From the human T2T-CHM13v2.0 reference genome, Homo sapiens, in assembly GCF_009914755.1 (NCBI RefSeq), contig NC_060947.1: a DNA stretch of 64,000 nucleotides; one strand, given 5' to 3'. Under the pieces are notes generated by a model, which saw only the letters and a list, made by a program, of their open reading frames with translations, did not search any database and was not told where the DNA came from. This document shows, in pieces, positions 49,901-60,400 of the stretch (position 1 is the first letter of the stretch; every line of letters begins with the position of its first letter). The position numbers were made by a program, and so were the translations under genes.

Positions 49901-49994
49901 ATATATATATGGAATATATATATATACACACATATATAATATATATATATATATTCCATTAGCTCTGTCCCTCTAGGGAACCCCAACTAATACA
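46916..49994 (+). mobile_element. MLT2A 5' LTR of HERV-L, inflated by an internal tandem array
   Basis: Starts TGTGGTGGTTAATACTGAGTGTCAACTTGATT, AATAAA at 47290-47295, ends CCATTAGCTCTGTCCCTCTAGGGAACCCCAACTAATACA. Followed by a degenerate PBS (TGGTAC...AGTG) and gag. Confidence 0.92.
47301..49953. repeat. ~2.65-kb compound tandem array of ATGGAA(T/C)AT(AT)n units
   Basis: About 190-200 units (estimated from length), mostly 11-19 nt and odd-length, arranged in domains of shared variants. Confidence 0.98.
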
Positions 49995-52900
49995 AATCTT
50001 GGTACAAATAGTGATTCAAGAGGAACAGAATATTAAGGATGGAGTTCTTTCATTGGTTTTGGGGTTTCTGGAGTTGGGTGCTTAATATAATTAGTCCCCA
50101 AAATGCTAAGGACTTTACTTCTAATAGCATGGCGAACACTGGTAGTCCTTGGCATGAAGTGTTTAGAGAGTTATGCAAAATAAATGCATTTGAAACTCCT
50201 GATTCATAGCTTGTGAGAGACAAGGAGTTTAGTGACTCTATACATTATATCTTTGACCGTATGTGGAGAAAGAAGGAGCATAATGGTTGGAACTTGGTTG
50301 CTCCTTAGCTTGTGAGAGGCCAGGAGTTTAGTGACTCTATACATTATATCTTTGACCATATGTGGAGAACCAAGGAACATAATGGTTGGAACTTGGTTGT
50401 TCCTAAGGAACTTGGTTGCTCCTAAGTTCAGAGGAAAAAGTGATGGAAGAAAATTATGAACTTAGGGATTCTATCTCCTGGCTTCAGAAGCAGATACTGA
50501 GCCTCAAATCTGCTAAGATTGCCTTGAGAGTCTTGTCTCCTATAGAGAAATAGCTGAAATTGCGGAAAAACAGACAGAAGCTCTTATCATGCGAGTGGCT
50601 GACCCGCAATGAAAGGTGCATGCACAGCTCATCATGTGTCTACTGTTAAAGTGAGGGCATTGATTGGAATGGGGACATGTGGGAGGACCCTGATGAAGCT
50701 GGGGACACTGAGTTTGTAAACTCCGATGAACCTTTTTTGTCAGAAGAAACAGCTTCTCCATCCCCAGTAGTGGCAACATCCTTTCCCAGACCCATGCTGC
50801 GATCAGCCTTTCCACCTTTGTCTGAGAAGATAAACCCTGCATTGCCTGAGGCAACAGTGATGGCCTCCCCTGAGGCAGTTGACAGGCAAGATAACGTTGA
50901 TTCTCCTCAGGACACACCCCCAACAACCCTGTTTGCTTCTAGATCTATAACTAGACAAAAGTTCCAGCAGGCCCCTGTAGGTGAGTTTGAGAATGTGACC
51001 CATGAGGAAGTGGGCTACACTCGAAAAGGACTTCTTGAGTTTTCTAATGTATATAAACAGCAATCTGGAGAACAGTCATGGGAATGGATATTAAGGGTTT
51101 AGGATAATGGTGGAAGGTACATAGAGTTGGATCAGGCTGAATTTATTGATTTGGGCCTGCTAAGTAGGGACTCTGCATTTAATATTGCAGCTTGGGGAGT
51201 TAAAAAAGGTTCTAATAGTTTACTTGCTTGGTTAGCTAAAATATGGATTAAATGATGGCCCACTGTGAGCGAGCTGAAAACGCTTGATCTTTCTTGGTTT
51301 AATGTAGAGGAAAATATTCAAATGCTTAGAGAGATTGGTAAGGTGGAATGGATTCATCACTTCAGATCTACTCACCCCAGCTGTGAGGGTCCAGAAGATA
51401 TACCCTTGACCAATGCCTTGTGAAATAGATTTGTGAGGACAGCACCTGCATCTTGGAAGAGCCCTGTAATTCTTCCCTTTATGTTCTTCTCTGTATGTCA
51501 GATCTAACAGTGGGAATCCCAGTCACTCAACTACAAAATTTAAATACAATGGAAATAATTGGATCCCGAGGTGGTAGGGGCCAAGTGGCGGCACTCAATC
51601 ATCAAAGGCAAGGTAGGCATAGCTACCCTAATGGACACCAGAGGCAAATTGGCAATCAGAATAATCTGACTCATGCAGAGCTCTGGCATTGGCTAATGAA
51701 TCACAGTGTTCCTAGAAGTGAAATTGATAGGAAGCCTACTGCATTTCTACATAAGTTATATAAGAAAAACCCTTCTTGGTAAATGGACAAAAGACTAATT
51801 TGAGTTATAAAAACAGAGAATCATGGCTCCTCAATTAATTTCCAAACTTGAGCCAGTTTACACACCCAGGATGCCTTGACTGAAGGGGAAGCTGGGTCCC
51901 CTTGAGGAAGGACCCCGCTACACTACCAGTAATTTATGCAGTGAACCTTCTCTCATCCTTTCCCAAGGATACCTCCAGCCTTTTACTAGGGTAACTGTGC
52001 ATTGGGGAAATGGAAATGATCAGACATTTTGGGGACTACTGAAAACTGGCATTGAGCTGACATTGATTCCAGGGGACCCAAAACATCATTTTGGTCCTCC
52101 AGTTAAAGTAGGAGCTTATGGAGGTCAGGAAATTAATGGAGTTTTAGCTCAGATCTGACTTACAGTGAGTCCAGTGGGTCTCTGGACTCATCCTGTGGTC
52201 ATTTCCCTGTGCCAGAATGCATAATTGGCATGGACATACTTAGCAGCTGGAAGAACCCTCACATTGGCTCCCTGACTGGTAGGGTGAGGACTATTATGAT
52301 GCAAAAAGACAAATGGAAGCCATTAGAGTTGCCTCTACCTAAGAAAATAGTAAATTAAAAACAATATTGCATTGGAGGGATCACAGACATTAGTGCCACC
52401 ATCAAGGACTTGAAAGACATGGGGGTGGTGATTCCCACCACATCCCCACTTAACTCTCCCATTTGTCCTGTGCAGGACACAGATGGATCTTGGAGAATGA
52501 CAGTGGATTACTGTAAGCTTAACCAAATAGTGACTCCAATTATAGCTGCTGTACCAGATGTAGTTTGATTGAGCAAATTAACACATATCCTGGTACCCGA
52601 TACACAGCTACTGAAATGGCAAATGGCTTTTTCTCCATTTCTGTCCATAAGGCCCACCAGAAGCAATTTGCCTTCAGCTGGTGAGACCAGAAATATACGT
52701 TTACTCTCCTACCTCAGGGGTATATGAACTCTCTGGCTTTGTGTCATAATCTTATTGGGAGAGATCTTTATTATTTTTGGCTTCCTCACGATATCACAAT
52801 GATCCATTACATTGATGACATTATGCTGATTGGATCCCGTGAGCAAGAAGTAACAAGTACACTAGACTTATTAGTGAGACATTTGCATGCCAGAGGATGG

Positions 52901-53110
52901 GAAATAAATCTGACTAGAATTCAGGGAACTTATACCTCAGTAAAATTTCTAGAGGTCCAGTGGTGTGGGGCCTGTCAAGATGTTCATTCTAAGATGAAGG
53001 ATAAGTTGCTGCATTTGGCCCTTCCTACAACCAAGAAAGAGGCACAAATGCCTAGTGGGCCAATTTGGATTTTGGAGGCAACACATTCCTCATTTGTGTG
53101 TGTACTCAAT
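49995..53110 (+). mobile_element. HERV-L internal region (gag to RT), 3'-truncated and defective
   Basis: gag ORF fragments 50677-51102 and 51453-51782. RT ...MIHYIDDIMLIG...VKFLEVQW in 52724-53116. Ends abruptly in L1 sequence. Confidence 0.93.
50207..50425 (+). repeat. 99-bp tandem duplication plus nested 19-bp duplication in HERV-L gag
   Basis: 50207-50305 vs 50306-50404 (7 differences counted). GGAACTTGGTTG(T/C)TCCTAA at 50388-50406 and 50407-50425. Confidence 0.95.
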
Positions 53111-53111
53111 G

Positions 53112-55615
53112 TTTAGATCACACTTATAAGTGAGTACATGAGGCATTTGGTGTTCTTTTCCTGCTTTAGTTCACTTAAGATAATGACCTCTAGCTTCATT
53201 GATGTAGCTACAAAAAGCATGATCTTGTTCCTTTTATGGCTGTGTAGTATTCCATGGTGTCTATGTACTACATTTTCTTTATTCAGTCTACTGTTGATGG
53301 GGATTTAGATTTATTCAATGTATTTTATATTGTGAATAGTGATGTGATGAATATATATGTGTCTTTATAGTAGAATAATTTATATTCATTTGGATATATA
53401 TAAAACAACGGGATTGCTGGGTTGAATGATAATTCAGTTTTAAGTTCTTTGTCAAAGATCAGATGGTTGTACATGTGCGGCATTATTTCTCAACTCTATT
53501 CTGTTCCATTTGTCTATGTGTCTGTTTTTGTACCAGTAGCATGTTGTTTTCATTACTGTAGCATTGCAGTATAGTTTGAAGTTGGATAATATGTTGCCTC
53601 CTGCTTTGTTCTTTTTGCTTAGAATTTCTTTGGCTATTTGGACTCTTGTGATTCCATATAAATTTTTAAATTGCTTTTTTCTAATTCAGTGAAGAATGTT
53701 ATTGGTAGTTCAATAGGAATAGTATTGAATTCTATGAACTGCTTTGCACATCCTTGTCTTGTTCTGCTTTCCATGGGGAATGATTTCAGCTTTTGCCCAT
53801 TCAGTATGATGTTGCTGTGCGTTTGTCATAGATAGCTCTTATTATTTAATTTTCCTTCATTGCCTAGTTTGTTGAGGGTTTTTAACATAAAAGAATGTAA
53901 ATTTTATCAACAGCCTTTTCTGCATCTATTGAGATAATCATGTGGTTTTTATTTTTAGTCTTGTTTATGTGATGAATCACATTTATTAATTTTCATATGT
54001 TGAACCAACCTTAAATCCCATAGATAAAGCCTACTTCATCATGGTGGATTAACTTTTTGATGTGCTGTGAGATTCAGTTTGCTAGTATTTTGTGGAGAAT
54101 TTTTGTATCTATATTTATCAAGGATATCGGCCTGAAGTTTTCTTTTTTTGTTGTGTCTCTGCCAGGTTTTTGTATTAGGATCTTGCTGGCCTCGTAGAAT
54201 GAGTCAAAAATGAGTCTCTCCTAAGTTTTCCGGAATATTTTCATTAGGGATGGTACCAGCTCTTCTTTATATGTGAGGTAGAATTCAACTGTGAATCCGT
54301 CTAGTCCTGAGCTGTTTTTGTCAGGCTTTTTACTAATGCTTCAGTTTCAGAGTTTATTATTGGTCTGTTAAGGGATTCAATTTATTCCTGGTCAGTCTTG
54401 TGAGGTTGCATGTGACCAGCAATTTATCAATTTCTTCTCTATTTTCTACTTTGTGTGCATAGATGTATTTGTAATAGTCTCAGAGCATTTTTTTTAACTA
54501 CTTTGGGGTCAATTGTAATGTCCCTTTGTCATTTCTCATTGTGTTTATTTGAATTTTCTCTCTTTTTTTCATTATCAGTCTAGCCATTTATTTTTTTTTC
54601 AAAAAAAAAATAACTCCTGAATTCATTAATCTTTTGTATGGCTTTTTGCATCTCAATTTTTTTTTTCAGTTCAGGTTTGATTTTGATTATTTCTTGCCTT
54701 CTGCTAACTTTGAGGTTGGTTTTCTCTTGCTTTTCTAGTTCCTCTAGTTGTGATGTTAGGTTGTTAGTTTGACATCTTTCTAACTTTTTGATGTGGTCAT
54801 TTAGTACTATTAACTTCACTATTAATATTGCCTCAGCTGGGCCCCAGAGATTCTGGCATGTTGCATCATGGTTCTCATTAGTTTCAAATAATTTTTTGAT
54901 TTCTGCCTTAATTTCATTATTTTCCCAAAAGTCATCCAGGAGCAGGTGGTTTAATTTCAGTGTAATTATATGATTTTGAATAATTGTCTTAGAACTGATT
55001 TCTATTTTTATTGCACTGTAGTCCAAGAGTGTGGTTGGTATGATTTAGGGTTTTTTTGATTTTGTAAAGGATTGTCTTATGTGCAATTGTGTGGTAGATT
55101 TTCAAGAATGTGCCATGTGCAGATGAGAAGAATGTATATTCTATTCGTGGTGGTGGAGTGTTCTGTAGATGCCTATTAGGTCCATTTGTTCAAGTGTCAA
55201 GTTCAGGTTCCAAATATCTTTGTTATATTTCTGCCTCAATGATCTCTCTGATACTGTCTGTAGAGTGTTGAAGACACCCACTATTATTTTGTGGTTATCT
55301 CAGTCTCTTTGTAGGTCACCAAGAACATGCTCAGTAAATCTGGATGCTCCTGTTTTGGGTGCATATATATTTAGGATACTTAGGCATTCTTGTTAAATTG
55401 AACCCTTTACCATTATGTAATGTCCTTCTTTGTCCTTTTTTGTCTCCCTTGGTTTTAAGTCTGTTTTATCTGAATTACAATAGCAACCCCTGCTTTTTTA
55501 ATGTTTCTGTTTGCTTAGTAGATTTTTCTCCATTTCTTTACTTTGAAGCTACAGGTGTCATTGCATCTGAGAGGGATCTCTTGTAGACAACATACCATTG
55601 GGTCTTGCTTCTTTT
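53112..55615 (-). mobile_element. Older L1PA/L1P element with two internal deletions
   Basis: ORF2 remnant DYSAIKIEI...[19 protein letters not shown] (54580-55026). Jumps in L1 colinearity at ~53450 and ~53746. Confidence 0.85.
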
Positions 55616-55639
55616 TTTTGTTTTTATTTTGAAATTGTC

Positions 55640-57430
55640 TATCCTATTTTTTTTTCTTTATTTTTCCATAGGTTATTGGGGGTACAGGTGATGTCTGGTT
55701 ACATAAGTAAATATTTTAGGGATGATTTTGAGATTTTGGTGTACTCATATCCCGAGCAGTATACACTGCACCCTATTTGTAGTCTTTTATCCCTCGTCCC
55801 CCTCCCACCCTTCATCTCAAGTCCAAAAGTTCATTGTATCATTTTTATGCCTTTGCGTCCTCATAGCTCAGCTCCCACATATCAGTGAGAACATACAATG
55901 TTTCATCTTCCATTCCTGAGTTACTTCACTTAGAATAATAGTCTCCAGTCTCATCCCGGTCACTGTGAATGCCATTAATTCATTCCTTTTAATGGCTAAG
56001 TAGTATTCCATTGTATATATATACCACAGTTTCTTTATCCACTCATTGACTGATGGGCACTTGGGTTGGTTCCACGATTTTGCAATTGCAAACTGTACTG
56101 ATATAAACATGCGTGTGCAAGTATCTTTTTCATATAATGACTTACTTTCCTCTGGATAGATACCCAGTAGTGGGATTGCTGGATCAAATTGTTGTTCTAC
56201 TTTTAGTTCTTTAAGGAATCTCCACACTGTTTTCCATAGTAGTTGTACTAGTTTACATTCCCATCAGCAGTGTAGAAGTGTTCCTGATCACTGCATCCTG
56301 GCCAACATCTAGTGTTTTTTTTTATTTTTGATCATGGCCATTCTTGCAGGAGTAAGGTGGTATCGCATTGTGGTTTTGATTTATGTTTCCCTGATCATTA
56401 GTGATGTTGAGAATTTTTTATATGTTTGTTGGCTATTCGCATATCTTTTGAGAATTGTCTATTCATGTCCTTAGCGTACTTTTTGATGGCATTTTTTTTC
56501 TTGCTGATTTGTTTGACTTCATTGTAGATTCTGGATATTAGTTCTTTGTCAGATGCGTAGATTGTGGTGATTTTCTCTCACTCTGTGGGTTGTCTGTTTA
56601 CTCTGCTGACTGTTCCTTTTGCCATGCAAAAGCTCTTTATTTTAATTAAGTCCCAGCTATTTATCTTTGTTTTTATTGCATTTGCTTTTAGGTTCTTGGT
56701 CATGAAATCCTTGCCTAAGCCAATGTCTAGAAGGGTTTTTCCAGTGTTATCTTCTATAATTTTTAAAGTTTCAGGTCTTAGATTTAAGTCCTTAATCCAT
56801 CTTGTGTTGATTTTTGTATAAGGTGTGAGATGAGGATCCAATTTCACTATCATACATGTTACTAGCCAATTATTCCAGCACCATTTGTTGAATTGGGTGT
56901 CCTTACCCCACTTTATGTTTTTGTTTGCTTTGTCGAAGATTAGTTGGCTGTAAGTATTTGGGTTTATTTCTGGGTTCTCTATTCTGTTTCACTTATACCA
57001 GTACCATGCTGTTTTGGTGACTATGGCCTTATAGTATAGTTTGAGGTCGGGTAGTGTGATGCCTCCCGATTTGTTCTTTTTGCTTAGTTTTTCTTTGTCT
57101 ATGTGGGCTCTTTTTTACTTCCATGAATTTTAGAATTGTTTTTTCTAATTCTGTGTAGAATGATTGTGGTATTTTGATGGGAATTGTGTTGAATTTGTAG
57201 ATTGCTTTTGACAGTGTGGTCATCTTCACAATATTAATTCTACTCATCCATAAGCATGAGATGTGTTTCCATTTGTTTGTGTCATCTATGATTTCTTTCA
57301 GCAGTGTTTTATAGTTTTCCTCATAGAGATCTTTCGCCTCCTTGGTTAGGTATATTGCTAAAACTTTTATTTTTTGCAGGTATTGTTAAAAGGGTTGAGT
57401 TATTGATTTGATTGTCCACATGACTGCTGT
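55640..57430 (-). mobile_element. L1PB1-like 5'-truncated element
   Basis: ORF2 C-terminal fragments 55868-56227, 56578-56853 and 57029-57247, plus an L1PB-type 3'UTR. Confidence 0.9.
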
Positions 57431-60400
57431 TGGTGTATAGAAGTTACTTTCTAGGTATTTAATGTATGTGTGGTTATTGTAAATGGGATTACTGTTTTAT
57501 TTCTTTTTCTGATTGTTCACTGTTGACATATAGAAATGTCACTGATTTTTTGTGTTGATTTTTTATCCTGCAACTTTACTGAATTTGTTTGTCATTTCTA
57601 AAGGTTTTTTCATGTAGTCTTTAAATTTCTCCAAATATTAGATCATATCATCTGCAAACAAGGCTACTTTAATTTCCTCCATTCTAGTTTGGATGCCCTT
57701 CATTTCTTTCTGTTTTCTGATTGCTCTAGCTAGGAATTTCATACCATGTTAAATAACAGTTTTGGAAGTGGGCACTGCCATCTGCCAGATCTTAGAGGTC
57801 AGGCTTACAGGTTCTCCTCATTCAGTGTGATACGAGCTGTGGGTCTGTCTTGTATGGCTTTTATTATATTGAGGCATGTGCTTCAGTTTTTTTAGGGTAT
57901 TTATCACAGAAAAATGTTGAATTTTATCAAATGCTTTTTCAGCATCAATTGAAATGATCATATGGTTTTAATTATACATTCTGTCAATATGATGTGTCAC
58001 ATTGATTGATTTGCATATGTTGAACCATTTTTGCATTTTTGAGATAAATCCTACTTAGTCATGATGAATCACAGTTTTAATGTATTGTTGAATTTAGTTT
58101 CTTAGTATTTTCTTGAGAATTTTTGTATCAACATTCACCAGAGATATTTCCCTATAGTTTTCTTTTTATTGATGCATCCTTGTCTGGTTATGGTATCATG
58201 GTAGTACTATCTTTGTAGAATGAGACTGAAAGTATTTCCTCCTCCTCTACTTTTAAGAATAGTTTGAGTAAGATTGATATTAGTTCTTTTTTAAATGTTT
58301 GGTAGAATTCATCAGTAAAGCCATTGGGCCCTGCGGTTTTTTTGTTTGTTTCTTTGTTTTGTTTTTAACTGGGAGACAATTTACAGTCTCCATCTTGATA
58401 ATCTTGGTATGTTGTATGTGTCTACAAATTTGCCCACTTCTTCTAGATTTTCCAATTTATTGTTATATAATTGCTCACAGTAGCCCCTAATAATTTTTTG
58501 AATTTCTGCGGTATTAGTTCTAATGAGTCATTTTTCATCTCTGATTACATTTGGATCTTCTCTCCTTTTGTTCCTAATAATCCCCACTAAAAATTTGCTA
58601 ATTATAAATTTTCAAGAAAATGACTTTTTATTTCATTGAACTTTTGTATTTTTCATTTTAGATTCATTTATTTCTGCTATAACCTTTATTACCTTTTTTA
58701 TTCTACTAATTTTGGATTTAATTTGTTTTCTCTAGCTCTTTAAGATACATTATTAGGTTATTTATTTGAAGTTTTTCTTCTTTTTTAATGTAGGCAGTTG
58801 TTGTTATAAACTTCCTTCTTAGTACTGCTTTTCCTGTATTCCATGGCTTTGGGTATGTTGTGTTTCCATTATCACTTGTTTCTAGAAATTTTTAAATTTC
58901 CTTCTTAATTTCTTCACTGACACCATGGAAATTCAAGAGCATATTATTTAATTTCCATATGTTTATATAGCTTCCAAAATTCCTCTTGTTATTGATTTCT
59001 AGTTTTATTTCATTATGATGAGAGAAGGTGCATGATATTATTTCCATTTTTGAAGATTTTAAGATTTGTTTTGTGACTTAACATATGGTCTATCCTTGAG
59101 AACAATCCATGTGATGAGGAAAAGAATGTGTATTCTGCAACCATTGGATGAAATGTTCTGTAAATATTACTTAGATCCATTTTGTCTACAGTGCAGATTA
59201 AGTCTAATGTTTCTTTGTTGATATTGTGTCAGGAATATGTGTCCAGTGCTGAAAGCAAGGTGCTGAAATCTTTAGCTGTTATTGTATCGGGGACTAACTC
59301 TCTTTACCTCTAATTATATTTACTTCATATTTCTGGGTGGCCCAGTGTTAGGTGCATAGAAATTTAAAACCATTATATCCTATTGCTGAATTGATCCTTT
59401 ATGATTATATTGTGACCATCTTTGTCACTTCTTATAGTTTTTGTCTTGAAATCCTAATTTGTCTGATATAAATGTAGCTACTCTTGTTCTTTTTTGGTTT
59501 CCATTGGCATGGAATATATCGTTCCAACAATTTATTTTTAGTCCATATGTGCCTTTACAGATGAATTATCTTTCTTGTAGGTTACAGATCATAGGGTCTT
59601 TTTTTTTTTTAAATATCTTCCGCTACTTTATGTGTTTTGCTCGAAGAGTTTAGTCCATTTTTATTCAATGTTATTATTGACAAGTAATAATATACTCTTG
59701 TCATTTTGTTATGTATTTTAGTGTTGTGTGGTGGTCTTCTCTTCCTTTTTCTCTCCTTTTTTTTTGTCAAAGAGATTTTCTCTGGTTATATAATTAATTT
59801 CTTGTTTTTTTTTTTAAACCTAGTGTATGTTTTGTTTTGTTTTGTTTTAGGTATCATGAGCTTGCAAATACTATCTTATAACCCATTATTTTGAGCTGAT
59901 AACATGTTACCACTGTTTGCATAAACAAACAAATGAACATAAAGAAACTAATAAAGACTACTTCTTAACTTTGTTCCCCCACTTTGTAACTGTTTGTTGT
60001 TACTACTGAAATCATATTTTATTGGCTATGTTTTGAAAATATGGTTGTACTTATTATTTATGTTTGGTTCATCATTTAGTCTTTTTTTTTACTTAAGATG
60101 AGAGTAGATTACACACCAAAGTTATAGTGTTATAATATTCTGTGTTTTTCTGTGTACTTATTATTAACAGTGAGTTTTGTACCTTCAGATGACTCTTATT
60201 GCTCACTAAAGTCTTTTTCTTTCTGATTGAAGTACTCCCTTTAGCATTTCTTGTGGGACAGGTCTGGTGTTGATGAAATCCCTCAGCTTTTTGTCTAGGC
60301 AAGTCATTATTTCCCCTTCATGTTTGAAGGATATTTCACTGGATATACTATACTAGGGTATTTTTTTTTCTCCAGCACTTCATGTCATTTCACTTTCTTT

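Noticed and set aside
47301-49953. Array as HSATII/III, an EWS-FLI1 GGAA microsatellite or a CRISPR-like array
   Set aside because: There is no (GGAAT)n pentamer periodicity, the GGAA cores are never contiguous, and the spacers are TA repeats rather than unique sequence. The LTR flanks show local origin.
47317-49986. 621-881 aa ORFs as real protein-coding genes
   Set aside because: They are translations of a tandem repeat that cannot encode stops. All frames are equally open and there is no domain content.
50677-53116. HERV-L gag/pol ORFs as a domesticated gene
   Set aside because: Multiple stops and frameshifts; the longest piece is 141 aa, and pol is truncated after RT.
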